Shown: positions 12,563 to 24,735, numbered from the whole stretch's first letter. The stretch: DNA of 63,505 nt, filler included, from Octopus bimaculoides (GCF_001194135.2; 5 parts of 4 records of this genome joined end to end with filler, not necessarily neighbours in it); one strand, 5' to 3'. Notes: generated from the letters alone by a model not told the origin. Made by a program: numbers and translations.

Positions 12563-12861
12563 TTCTAGTTTATCAACCCAAGAAAATGAGAGACAAAGTT
12601 GACCTCAAGAGGCAAAGAACCAGAACAAATACTGCAATCATCAATTCAATGTTCATTTTTTTTCATGCTTCCTTGGTTGATATGGAATTCACTGAAGATG
12701 ATTTTCTACAGCCAGGTGCCCTTACTGTTACCCTCTTCAGCTGTTTCCAAGCAAGATATTATTTCCCCCATCACCTGACATGGAAACCAGAAACAAATGA
12801 CACCACATATGTGATAAGACTTTTTAAAAGTATCGCACACAATGTCAAGACAAGAAGACAC

Positions 12862-12990
12862 AGGTATCATTGGTTTCTTTCTGTTTCTGTCAATGAAATC
12901 AGCTCACAAAACTTTGATTGTAATATAGAGTAGTAGAGACTTGCCTTGGTGTCACACTATGGGACTGAACCTGAAACCATGTGGTAGGGC
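12862..12990 (-). mobile_element. tRNA-SINE fragment
   Basis: ttctttctgtttctg...gggactgaacctgaaaccatgtgg matches the SINE head and core. Confidence 0.6.
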
Positions 12991-14229
12991 ATTATGCCAA
13001 TACACCAAAACATACAGTGAATCTGACATTGCTGTTTCTAACATCTCTACTATATTAGTACATGATCACTTTAGACTAGCTGTAGGACAAATTCATAGAA
13101 ATGGAATATTACAGGCAGTTATTCTGACTCCCTAAAAAAAAAAGGATAAAAGACAAGCAACTATTTTTACTAACTTTCTGTTTTATATTTTATATATGAT
13201 AAAGAAAGTGTCAAAAAATCATCTCCCATGTAAAATAAAGTATATAATTTACTTTAAATGGTTGATTAATAAAAAATAATTCATATTAATTTCTGATTTT
13301 AATTTGCTATGTTGCTATGTCCCAAGTTATTTCCCTTGCCTTTAAGCAGTAACGGAGAAATACAAATCAATGATTTAAGCTCAAACCAACTATTAATAGA
13401 GTTTATAAGATCGCTTGATCTGCCAAAATTAGACGTCAAATATTTCTCAAATCTCAGCCTACAAACTAAAAAGAAATAACATATTGGATAACTTGTCCTA
13501 AAAACACAGTGTGAACAAAAAGAAGTGGTCATTATGGCTGGAGTAGCTTGAGGATAGATCTACAGCTAAAAAAGAGAAAAATACAAATTCTCTCGTTTCA
13601 AATTGCAAATGAAGTTGTCTCCCTTGAAGTAAAAGTGACATTAGATTAATTCTAAATGACGTAACTGCTATTTTTATATTTTAAAAAAATAATTGTAAAT
13701 TAAATGACACCTTCTGATATTTTTTCAATCAAGGGAGAGAAATTATAAGGTCACTGGGAGAATATAGGTGATTTTTTTTTAATTGCTTCGTAGTGACTAC
13801 TGTAGTTTGTTTCGCATTTCTTTCGTTAAAAATCAAGGTGATTAAAGTTTCTACTTTATCAATCATATTCGAAGCAATATTTAAATTTTCTTTCTTTTTT
13901 TTTTTTTGGAAAGTGATAAAAACAATTACTTCAAACATACGCACAAGACCAGAAATTTGAGAGACAGATGTTAGTTGTTTAACTCACTCTAATTCTATCG
14001 TTTCAGCTTCTACTTTTCCATTCTTGCAGGGATCAAGCGGGATCCAGTGAAGCACATTCGAGGCCCTTCCTTCGTCAATCCTCACTTTTTTATAAACAAG
14101 GTATTATTTCCAAAATGATTGGACAGGCATCCATGGAAGGTTGGAAACAACACTTGTGTAACAGTGAGGCACATTTACAACTATTGCACTATGACGTCAA
14201 AAGAAGGAGACACACACACACACACACAC

Positions 14230-14375
14230 AGATGATGGGTTTCTTTCAGTTTGTCTACCAAATACATTTACAATGGTTAGGTCAGCCAGAGAATATGGTA
14301 GGAGACAATTGCCCAAGGTTCCACACAGTGGGAATGAATTCACACCAAATGGTTGTGAAGCAAATGTCTTACAAA
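14230..14375 (-). mobile_element. tRNA-SINE fragment
   Basis: ttctttcagtttgtctaccaaat...ttgcccaaggttccacacagtgggaatgaa. Confidence 0.65.
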
Positions 14376-15385
14376 AGAAGATATTTGATAAAATAGTCCA
14401 AGATACACTATTTTTGACAAAAGACAGAGGTTGGATCACAGACATACGCTGTTCTCTGTAAGCTGTGCACTTGTGCATTGTGTGCCTGCATATTTTACAA
14501 CAAATGCACAAAGAAAAAATTGAAACACACGAAGTTTTTGAAGATAAAATCGTCGATATGGCATTTGAGTGACGGATGCTCACATGGATGCTAAAAAATT
14601 TCTGACGTGCTCAATCCTTTGGAAAGCACTGCTCCAATACTTTGATATTAGATAAACAGTAGTGGGTAAATGGAACTATTAATATAGAGTAGTGAGTTGG
14701 GTGAAACTGAAAGGTGCAGACAAAATGACAAGGGGTATTTATTTAGTTACAAGGACTCTTCTGAGTTAAGATATCAACAGAGATAACTTTGCCTTGACAG
14801 AACAGTGCCAACCAGGTTTCTGGGTTGACTGAATCTTGTGTGATAGACTAAATTTATTGTCTGGTCTAATACTACCATCTAAACTCTGAATGTATTTAGT
14901 GTGACAAGTATTTGTGCCGAGTCTCCATTTTCAAACACATATATCCTAAAAATGATGATAGGCATAACGTTTGTCCTGCTGACAAAGCCTTTTTTTAATG
15001 ACCTACATTCTCCCCACCTACCAAGTGTGACCTTGTGAAAATGTCAGGAATTAGAATTAAGTAAAATTAAAATTATAGAGTAATCTCCCTTGTAAATGCA
15101 CGAGGATGAAATCCAGAAAAATAAATTTAACTAGACAAGAGGGGTTAGTCAATACCATAGACCCCAGCAATTGATGGTTATTTTATCTTATCGATGAAAG
15201 ACAAAGTTGGCATTGGCAGGGTTTGAACTTGTAGAGCATCGTAACAAAAATAGCAAGGTATTTGCCTTTTCAGCTATAATCAGTGTATGTATCTAATGTG
15301 TGTAAAAAAAAAAAAGGAAAAGACAAAAAACAGCAACTGAAAATATATCATTAATTTGTGATTAAAATAGTGAAATATAAGTTAC

Positions 15386-15545
15386 CTGGTAATTTTGTGG
15401 CTCTGAAAGATGCATTTGTAATGGCAGATTTTGACATGGTTACTGAGGAAGATGGGGCTGGAGAAAGTGCTACACCAATTCCCATTGCAGTGTCTGGTTG
15501 ACCAGAAGGACTATATTTCAAACAATTACGAACAGCATTTGTGAC
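15386..15545 (-). CDS. Internal coding exon of the same unidentified gene
   Basis: Acceptor aatttctttcag|GTC and donor CCAG|gtaact bound a 160-bp open frame VTNAVRNCLKYSPSGQPDTAMGIGVALSPAPSSSVTMSKSAITNASFRATKLP+G. The phase-1 end joins 10570 in frame (G|AT=Asp). Confidence 0.75.
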
Positions 15546-15596
15546 CTGAAAGAAATTGAGTATTCCAATTATTGAAAATATATGCATGTATATATA

Positions 15597-15902
15597 TCAT
15601 CATCATCATCATCATCGTTTAACGTCCGCTTTCCATGCTAGCATGGGTTGGACGATTTGACTGAGGACTGGTGAAACCGGATGGCAACATCAGGCTCCAG
15701 TCTGATTTGGCAGAGTTTCTACAGCTGGATGCCCTTCCTAACGCCAACCACTCAGAGAGTGTAGTGGGTGCTTTTACGTGTCACCCGCACGAAAACGGCC
15801 ACGCTCGAAATGGTGTCTTTTATGTGCCACCCGCACAAGCCAGTCCAGGGGCACTGGCAACGATCTCGCTCGAAAATCCTACAGGAGCCAGTCAGGCGGT
15901 AC
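15597..15902 (-). mobile_element. RTE LINE 3' UTR/end
   Basis: (CAT)n-cgtttaacgtccgctttccatgctagcatgggttggacg..., homologous to 5165-5570; runs into a gap. Confidence 0.85.
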
Positions 15903-16107
15903 NNNNNNNNNNNNNNNNNNNNNNNNNNNNNNNNNNNNNNNNNNNNNNNNNNNNNNNNNNNNNNNNNNNNNNNNNNNNNNNNNNNNNNNNNNNNNNNNNN
16001 NNNNNNNNNNNNNNNNNNNNNNNNNNNNNNNNNNNNNNNNNNNNNNNNNNNNNNNNNNNNNNNNNNNNNNNNNNNNNNNNNNNNNNNNNNNNNNNNNNNN
16101 NNNNNNN

Positions 16108-16143
<36 letters not shown>

Positions 16144-16404
16144 CCAAACCACAAAACATGTATACAACCAGCTACAGGCAAATAATACCATGCCCTATAA
16201 TAGAACCTAACAAAACCAAGTTTATTGAGCAAAGTACCTTTTGAAGAGTGACTGACAAGAGACAGCTGTACCATAGGATGCACCACAACCAGTTGTACAG
16301 TATCTCACCCATTAGGGATTGATGTAAGATGGGTCAAAGCAATCAATGTGATTGATAAAGAATGTCTTTCTCTCATTTGTTGATTATATATATATCATCG
16401 AAAA

Positions 16405-17271
16405 TACGTGATCTGATCAATAAGTATCCGGACCATTGCCATAGTAACTAAACTAGAGCACACAGAGTAAAGTTACTTGGTACAGATTGACCTTGGACTC
16501 TGCCGTGCATGTGCACCAAGTTTTAACGTTCTAGCTCACTTTTGCTGCCTACAACAGTGCTCGGAAGGATCGTGTGTAGCATGAGATTGTCGCATTGACC
16601 ATGACAGAGAAAGTTGTCATGGCGATACCTACTGAGAGGCTTACGCAAAGTTACAGAAAGTGTATGGAGAGGAGTGTATGAGCAGCACACAAGTGTACAA
16701 CTGGTTCAGATCTTTCCAAGATGGCCGGGAAAATGTCAATAGTGATGAATGTTCTGGGAGACCCAAAACCAGCAGAAATGATAACAACATTGCAGATGTG
16801 CGTGCAGCTGTGATGGGAAATCATCGAATCACCATCCGTGAGTTATTAGAGGATGTGCAGATTAGTTATGATTCAGTTTAGTTTGCTATCACTGAAGATT
16901 TGGGTATGAGAAGCGTGTCTACCAAGTTTGTGCCAAAACTGCTTTCAGCTGATCAAAAGGACACTTAGGTTTCAGTTGCACAAGATCTCCGTGGTTGTGT
17001 CGAGAACAATGAAAACTTTGCGTAGGCTTCTGAGCAGGTATCGCCAAGCTTTTGGCAAAATTTAATGCAGATTCTCTGCTCAACTTACTCTGTCATGGTC
17101 AACAAAACGATCACATGCTACACATGTTCCTTCCAAGCACAGCTGTAAACAGCAGAAGTGAGATAGAACGTTAAAACTTAATGTACATGCACAGCAGAGT
17201 CCTAGGTCAATCTGTGCCAAGCTGCTTCATTCTGCATGCTTTAGCTTCGTTACTAAAGTAAAAGTCCAGAT
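16405..17271 (+). mobile_element. Internally deleted mariner element
   Basis: TA plus left TIR cgtgatctgatcaataagtatccggac; HTH region MYGEECMSSTQVYNWFRSFQDGRE...SGRPKTSR; start of the right TIR (gtccagat) at the gap edge. Confidence 0.85.
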
Positions 17272-17800
17272 NNNNNNNNNNNNNNNNNNNNNNNNNNNNN
17301 NNNNNNNNNNNNNNNNNNNNNNNNNNNNNNNNNNNNNNNNNNNNNNNNNNNNNNNNNNNNNNNNNNNNNNNNNNNNNNNNNNNNNNNNNNNNNNNNNNNN
17401 NNNNNNNNNNNNNNNNNNNNNNNNNNNNNNNNNNNNNNNNNNNNNNNNNNNNNNNNNNNNNNNNNNNNNNNNNNNNNNNNNNNNNNNNNNNNNNNNNNNN
17501 NNNNNNNNNNNNNNNNNNNNNNNNNNNNNNNNNNNNNNNNNNNNNNNNNNNNNNNNNNNNNNNNNNNNNNNNNNNNNNNNNNNNNNNNNNNNNNNNNNNN
17601 NNNNNNNNNNNNNNNNNNNNNNNNNNNNNNNNNNNNNNNNNNNNNNNNNNNNNNNNNNNNNNNNNNNNNNNNNNNNNNNNNNNNNNNNNNNNNNNNNNNN
17701 NNNNNNNNNNNNNNNNNNNNNNNNNNNNNNNNNNNNNNNNNNNNNNNNNNNNNNNNNNNNNNNNNNNNNNNNNNNNNNNNNNNNNNNNNNNNNNNNNNNN

Positions 17801-18660
17801 GGTGCCATAGCTAAAAGAACCACTCATGATTGGTATGCCAAGTTCAAGAATGGAAATTTTGACCTCAAAGACGCACCTCGTTCTGGCCATCCAGTTGAGT
17901 TCTATGAAGAGCAATTAAACCAACTTTTGCATGAAAATTCTCATCAAACGACAAGGGAAATGGCTGAGAAAATGGAATGCTCCCACACTGTTATAGAAAA
18001 GCATCTTCACTCAATGGGAAAAGTTCAGAAGTATGGAGCATGGGTTCCACATGCTTTAAGTGACAACAACAAAAATCAACAAGCCACAATCTTCGCTGGT
18101 TTGCTTGCTCATCACCGCTCAACTCATGGACACAAGCAACGATTTCTTTACCGGATCATTACTGAAGACGAAAAATGGTGCCTGTACATCAATATGAAGC
18201 AGCGTAAGGAATGGCTTAACCCTGGTAAGCAAGCGACACAGCGCGTGAAACAAGATCTTCATCTGTGTAAAATGATGTTGTGCGTATGGTGGGACTGGAA
18301 AAGGATTATCCATTACGAATTGCTTGAACAGAACTAAATGATCAATGTGGAACTCTATGTTCAACAGATGGAATGACTCAACACGGCTATTCAAGAGAAA
18401 AGACCTAATCGGCAGCATGGAGTTCTTCTACTGCACGACAACACCCACCCTTGTATCGCTAATATGACCAAGGAAGCCATTCAAATGCATGGCTGGGAAG
18501 TGCTGCCACAACCACCGTACTCTCCTGATTTGGCACCAATGGATTTCCACTTCTTTCGATCTCGTTCAAATGCTATGCGCGGAGTTTCATTCAATACTGA
18601 TGCAGAATCGAAAGCTTGGTTGGATCAATTTTTTGAGTCGAAATCGGGTGATTTTTGGGT
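17801..18660 (+). mobile_element. Mariner (DD34D) transposase pseudogene
   Basis: GAWVPHAL, RIITEDEKWCLY, LLLHDNTHP and HGWEVLPQPPYSPDLAPMDFHFF motifs, with in-frame stops. Confidence 0.92.
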
Positions 18661-18753
18661 GCTTTTATTTAGTATTGTAAAGTTCATTGGCAACAATAGT
18701 GGAAAGTTGGTCATAAGTTCCACGTAAAGATGTAGAATAGGATGCCCTTGAAT

Positions 18754-18992
18754 AAGGCGGCGAGCTGGCAGAAACGTTAGCACACCAGGCGAAATGCTTA
18801 GCGGTATTTCGTCTGCTGCTACGTTCTGAGTTCAAATTCCACCGAGGTTGACTTTGCCTTTCATCCTTTCAGGGTCGATTAAATAAGTACTGGTTATGCA
18901 CTGGGGTCGATATAATCGACTTAATCCGTTTATCTGTCCTTGTTTGTCCCCTCTGTGTGTAGCTCCTTGTGGGCAGTCAAGAAATAAGAAAA
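18754..18992 (+). mobile_element. tRNA-derived SINE, near full length
   Basis: aaggcggcgagctggcagaaacgttagc...gagttcaaattcc...gcctttcatcctttcagggtcgattaaataagtac...aagaaataagaaa. Confidence 0.85.
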
Positions 18993-20256
18993 TGATGCCC
19001 TTGAATTCTAAAACAATAAGAATAGGTATAGTAATTGTGCATCAAAATGAAGTAAAAGAAATGACACAATCATAATTTGGGATATTTTTCATGAAATCGT
19101 TAGCTTTCTTAAGAGTATTTCAGTTTATTAGAATAATGCTGCAGGGAAGTAAGTCACATTTTACTATGATGGCAACAGTTTAGAGACTTCTTTCTGAAAT
19201 CTCAAAATGTCACAGTGAAGACAGGATCTGTCTATTCCTTTGATGTTTCATGATTCAACAGTAACTTGCACATTGTGATGACATGTCAAAGGAGCACTAA
19301 CTTGTTTCTAACATTGCCTTCTTGTTTTAAAGCTTTTCAAATTAAGCAACTATGTATTCTTTATTTATATTTTCTCATTGCCCTTGACCCTTTTTACAAA
19401 GTCCTTGATATTCTGCTTGCTGTTCTTCATTATCACACTTTACTCTCTTGATGCCTGTTCCCAAACAATACTTATTTTAGTGCTGTTGACACCACTGGAT
19501 TGAATGGTACTGCTAAGGTGTTGAAACCATAATGATATCCATGGGGCAGCTGATGATGGGGGTATGTTGGATTGTTGGTATGGCTGTTTTTGTATGTGTG
19601 GAATAGTATTATAACATATCCTTTTGATATAATCAGCTTTGTTCACATTCCATTTTTTTCCTCTTTGCATTTGTTGATTTTCCTTTTGATACCATTGATA
19701 TTGTACATGTTTGTGCAAAGTCATGTTGTTGGCTCTTTCTAATCATTGGTTTGGAGTAAAACTTTCTTCAGCTTCAGGTCTTTGTTCTTTTCTCATCTTT
19801 TGCTTTTATTATCTCATTCTTTCTTTTGTTCTTTCGATTTCATTCCTTAATGGAAACTGAATAATTATGAAATCGGAATGAAGTTTGTAATGCAAAACAT
19901 TTGCCTTTTTTTTTAATGCAAAGTAAAAGTGTTTACTTTGTTTAAAGTGAAGGTGAACATGTTTACCTTCATAAAAACAAAAACAAAAAAACATGTTTAC
20001 CTACAAAATTGAATTATTAACAAAGGAAAAATGTCTGTTTCCTTAGAAAATGTAATTATAAAAAAGATGAGAGTACTCCATTATGATAGGAAAGTAAATG
20101 GTTGACAGAAGAATGCTTACTAAATGCTATAAAGCATCTAGCAATGATGGAAGTCTGTTGCTGAATTGCTGAGAAATTATGCAAAAGAGAATAAAGAGAG
20201 AGAAAGAGAGGGATTTATACTCATAGCACACATTTAGATTCTTATTTAAGTGAATA

Positions 20257-20475
20257 AACAAGGGGTGCTAAAAAGTTCCTGGCTTTAAGAGTATCGTGAA
20301 AGGCCTGGTTGGAGGCCCAGCCTTCCCAGTTCTTTTACAGGGCTTAGAAAAACTGAAGGACTGCTGCAATAATTGTGTGAATCTGAGAGGGAAATATGTT
20401 GAATAAAATTATAATTAACTGATTCTCCTGTATTATCTTTTATCAAAGCCAGTAACTTTTCAGTATCTCCTCATA
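20257..20475 (+). mobile_element. Mariner-derived MITE
   Basis: TIRs aggggtgctaaaaagttcctggcttt / aaagccagtaacttttcagtatctcct; interior keeps the transposase C-terminus (FTGLEKLKDCCNNCVNLRGKYVE*). Confidence 0.8.
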
Positions 20476-21099
20476 TGTGATGTTATAGTTTTTCTCACAG
20501 ATGGATTTAAACAATTAAGATATCATTTGTATGAAACATTTTTTCTTCTTGTTTTGGTAGCTAAATCATATTCATGATCACAAGTTCTACAAATGTCAGC
20601 AGTGGTTTCATTTTCAGAATCTAAGTGACTCTGGTCAATGCCATCAATATGATTCCATCTTCACACATCTAGTGAGTTTCACCATGATCGTTGCTTAATT
20701 GATTCCTCTACTAAAATGGTACACCAGCCTAACTGCTCTCCAGAAGAAAGTTCTCATCAGAATATATCTTTGGGTTGTAGGAATACACAAACCCAATTAC
20801 TATGATCAACATGAGAATCACTAATGGCAAGCTCAACCTGATGATACATTTTCACTTTTTGATTCTCTTTGAGGAGACAGTTTTTAATTGCTTTTGAAGT
20901 GTAACAAATGAATAAATACAGTGACAGGCATAATAATAATAATAATACAGATTAAGAAAATTAACATCTCACTCACCTGTCATATTATAAACATATATAT
21001 ATAAGAGGTACAACTATTGCACTCTTTGAATTAATCATTGGGATTAAAAATATCTACCAGGTCACTAATAAGCAAGGAAATATCTGCCACTTCACTAAT

Positions 21100-21445
21100 A
21101 CATTTCTTTTATTAGCCACACAGGGCTCAACAAAGATGGGACGAATACAATGTAGAGCTTTTCTTTTTGGGAGGGGGAAGGAAGAGAAAAAAAAAAAGTA
21201 GGGGTGGGTGTCGATCAAAAGGGATCGTAGGAAGGAAAAAAGCGGGGAGTTCGATCAAAGGGACCGAGAGGAAAAAAAAAAAAAAGCGATCAATAGGGAT
21301 CATGTATCACAATAATGTTCTCGTGTAAAAAGAGGGGAGGACAGTTTAGGTTTAACTGTGGAAAGAAAAGCTTACGGAAAAGACCACGGTAACCTTGGTC
21401 AATATTGTCATTGCAGAAACTATAACAGTAAGTGACTCTCTTTTG
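21100..21445 (-). mobile_element. LINE 3' end, possibly L1/Tx1-like
   Basis: Minus strand is a pyrimidine-rich UTR ending gagccctgtgtggctaataaaagaaat; clade assigned from recollection only. Confidence 0.35.
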
Positions 21446-21477
21446 CCTTTTTGTTTTTTGTCTGGATTTTTTTTACT

Positions 21478-21577
21478 NNNNNNNNNNNNNNNNNNNNNNN
21501 NNNNNNNNNNNNNNNNNNNNNTTAATTAATTAANNNNNNNNNNNNNNNNNNNNNNNNNNNNNNNNNNNNNNNNNNNN
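21478..21577. other. Assembly spacer N44-TTAATTAATTAA-N44 (also 25314-25413, 45062-45161, 57590-57689)
   Basis: Identical 100-bp construct four times; the 12-mer gives stops in all six frames. Confidence 0.95.
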
Positions 21578-21696
21578 TGTGAAGTAGACTTCTTACCATA
21601 CAGCCACGCCTGCGGCATGGTATGGTATATGTATTTTAAAATGCTTTCATATTATTAAATAAGCTTTGAAAATCATATGCCTTGCACTTTACTACT

Positions 21697-21741
<45 letters not shown>

Positions 21742-22259
21742 TGAGTTTTTTGAAGGCGTTGCCTCAGTATAGCTGCTTGGCATTGACTGAAACGAGTAGA
21801 CGCGTAAAAGAATAAAAGGCTAACTTCAGCATACTGTAAACGGTGTTTGAATGTAATCAATTCTAAACGGGGTGGGGGGAATGAAAGAAACAGATGTTCA
21901 TTTGAACTAATGAAGTGTGAGCTTTAAGATATATTTCAACGTAAGAAAAAATTGTTGAAATTTTTTTCAGAAAATAATAAATAAATAAATGATATCCTTT
22001 TGCTGAAATACGCAAAAAGTCAGGCGAACATAGTTTAAAAACAAAAATTAAAACTACTCAGACCTTATAAATTAAACGTATTACTGACATATTCAATAAA
22101 GAAATGGCAAGAATATGGAAATAAATACTTGTTTCAGCACTGTTTACAACAACAACATCGACTTATCCTAAGATTCCAGGAATAACATAGACAATTTAAA
22201 TTAAGAGGGAAAGATTATACATGTAAAGTCGTAGAAGCGCTTCTATCACCTTCCCTTAG

Positions 22260-22860
22260 GCGCCGTATCACCTTCCTTTAGGAATGTGGCAATTTTGGGT
22301 TGTGATGTCTGTTGCTTGTTGACCTTAACTCACTGCTGACTCGTTCACTTGGCAATTTCCATACGGACTTTATAGTACCTCTACTTGTATCAGCCTTCTT
22401 CCAACGCGCTAGGACATCCGGCCAGAATATGTTTCAGAGTACAAAATCATGTTTGACACTGCTTGTAAGAAAGGTTTTTGTTTTCCGTAAATTTTAAGGC
22501 TATTTGGGAATTAACAAGAGGTTAGCTACAGCTTTTCTTAGTCAGTATTCAAAAGTTCTCTTCAGTGTAGTGGTTGCTCTAATGTTTGGTCCCACTATAT
22601 CCCACTGTCCCTGGCAGGCAAACTCCATGACTTTTACGTAGCGATCTTCTCTTGTTCAGGCTGTCCGTACTATGAGCCTTCTCTTGCCCCTGACATTGGC
22701 ATTGCTTCACCTCTCGATGTAGTGGTTGCCAAATTCTAACTATCCACCACAGACCACGCCAACAATTTCCTAGTGTTTCCCGTATGTTCCAACTTCTTTC
22801 CGAGGGATTCCACTTCCTGCCTTTCCTTGGTTCATCTTCGTTTGTCTGATTCTCTCATGC
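22260..22860 (-). mobile_element. HERO-like (R2 superfamily, RLE) retrotransposon fragment
   Basis: Minus translation gives YVKVMEFACQGQWDIVG and CTLKHILAGCPSALEEG*YK*RYYKVRMEIAK, resembling the CCHC-knuckle region TLKHILSGC..AL.QGRYTWRHN.VL. Confidence 0.7.
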
Positions 22861-23059
22861 CTCTGAGAAATGTAATGTGTGTGAGTGTATATTCTTCTAT
22901 TTGTTTCAGTCATTGTACAGCCATGTGTTGTACAATCACAGCTTTGAGGGATTTGATCAATCAAAACCTCTCCAGTATTAATATGTTTTTAAAATCTGGT
23001 ACTTATTCTATCGTTCTTTTCATCGTAACTGTTAAGTTACTTGAACTTCAAATCACCAA

Positions 23060-23392
23060 GATTGACAGCTGCCCAGAAATATCATCAAAGTACTACCTCC
23101 CTTTGCGATACGACATTGCAAGAAAAATGTCAGTTCTGGAAGAAATGTAGAGAATACTATGTTATTGAATTCATACACAAACATCAACACAAGGAATATT
23201 GGTGGAACATTCTCGTCCAAACATTTCTAAGAAGAGTAAACCTAAAAGGCTGGATATTGTTTGGAACAGGCAAAAACGTTTACACTGTAATAGGAGATAG
23301 ATGCTCTGTTGATGAGAACGTCGTTTCGAAAATCAAAGACAAAGAGATTAACTACGAAGAACTACTTCTGAACCAAAGTTATATCGACTAAT
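23060..23392 (+). mobile_element. R4/Dong-like RLE retrotransposon C-terminal fragment
   Basis: SCPEISSKYYLPLRYDIA, EFIHKHQHKEYWWNILVQT and VVSKIKDKEINYEELL; same family as 61505-61966. Confidence 0.7.
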
Positions 23393-23403
23393 AAATTTCA
23401 TTT

Positions 23404-23648
23404 CCCTCCCCAAATTATCCCATGTACATCACGAATAGTTCCGCAGAAAGGATTGCAGTTTAACTATCCAGGAGTAGATTATCAATATAGATATAAGGCA
23501 GGGGATTGTCGAATTAATTAATAAATTAATAATTAATAATTTTGCCAAGTAGTTCAGTATGCAAAAAACCTTTATCGGTAAAACATTTATAATTATAAAC
23601 ATAATATAGGGACAATTCGTGACGCTCATGGGGGTAATTTGGGGAGGG
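23404..23648. mobile_element. ~245-bp MITE with ~34-bp TIRs, superfamily unassigned
   Basis: ccctcccccaaattatcccatgtacatcacgaat (23404-23437) versus attcgtgacgctcatgggggtaatttggggaggg (23615-23648); AT-rich interior. Confidence 0.7.
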
Positions 23649-23792
23649 ATACGGAATTTACTAGTCGATATAAATTTGGAGATGCTGATTTTNNNNNNNN
23701 NNNNNNNNNNNNNNNNNNNNNNNNNNNNNNNNNNNNNNNNNNNNNNNNNNNNNNNNNNNNNNNNNNNNNNNNNNNNNNNNNNNNNNNNNNNN

Positions 23793-24260
23793 AGAAGAAG
23801 AAGAAGAAGAAGAAGAATGCGGGAGTGGTATGACAGTAGCAGCATGTTGATGGAATCCACTTAAATGGTCAAGTGACCTAAAAGTGATATGGATGATAGT
23901 AGTGATTGAAATCGTTCTGAATAAATTCTTGAGGTGACTGTTTTGAATATATCGTTTTTAATATTTGCGTGGATGTTATTCTAAGGCTCTGGTGACATTG
24001 TCATTTGTTGTGGATACATTCAAAAGGGGTTGGTATTTTGTGATAAAGAATGAGTCTTTACTAATACGCTGACTACAGGATAGAAGGGAAGGATTCTGAA
24101 ATTTGCGTGTTTGTTATTTGGCGCAAATGTCAATGTGTTCGCTGAATGCTTTTTTTTCTGTTTTTCGGAATTTTGATCTGGGATCTGTGCAGAGCCATCC
24201 TTTGACGTAGACTGTTTTTTATTTGGTCTATGTGTTGCTCTCAACACCCAGAGCAGGTTA
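23793..24260 (-). mobile_element. PLE 3' fragment (GIY-YIG) ending in (TTC)n
   Basis: Homologous along its length to 54860-55410; decayed EQ.IGQ.K...LRQRM.LHRSQI motif; (GAA)n on the plus strand at the 3' end. Confidence 0.75.
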
Positions 24261-24389
24261 ATACATATATGTCAAAGACTTTCTCTATTCCCGAGCGTTA
24301 AACTAATACATCCATTTGTTGTTTACACCACCTGTCTTCGTCTGTTGTTTTTTTCGTAAATTCTCCCATATATATATATATATGTGAAT

Positions 24390-24735
24390 AAGAACCCTTA
24401 TCGGAATTTATATATCAAGGACAAGAAACCTCCTTACACATTCTACACAGTACATTCTACACAGTACATTCCTTGGATAATGGAACTGGAACTATAACAT
24501 CCATCATATGTTTTCATTTTTATTCTAATACTTCTCTTTATATTTCCTATACCTCTGCCTTTCCAAAATAACTTCTTATATTGAACTCTACTATTTCCTT
24601 CTATTTAACTTTCTCATATCATCTCTGATGATGGAATATCCTTTATATCTCTGAAATAGCCCTAAGTCTACCTTTCTCTTTATAAATGTCCAAGAAATTC
24701 CACACTGCCTTGGCTTTGTTGTACCATTCTGTTTA
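24390..24735 (+). mobile_element. PLE-like 3' end/pLTR with degenerate hammerhead
   Basis: CTGATGA (24625-24631), AT-rich stem, GAAA (24653-24656), inside a pyrimidine-rich tail that follows a short decayed ORF end. Confidence 0.45.

Noticed and set aside
20560-20830. Coding-like plus-strand frames after an AG acceptor
   Set aside because: Two short frames need a frameshift to join; no donor and no recognisable motif.
20971-21000. Perfect donor CAG|GTGAGT on the minus strand
   Set aside because: The upstream sequence is an AT repeat, and the phase-0 frame needed to join 15545 has TGA next to the donor.
21522-21533. TTAATTAATTAA islands inside gaps (four times)
   Set aside because: Fixed N44-12mer-N44 scaffolding linker; artificial.
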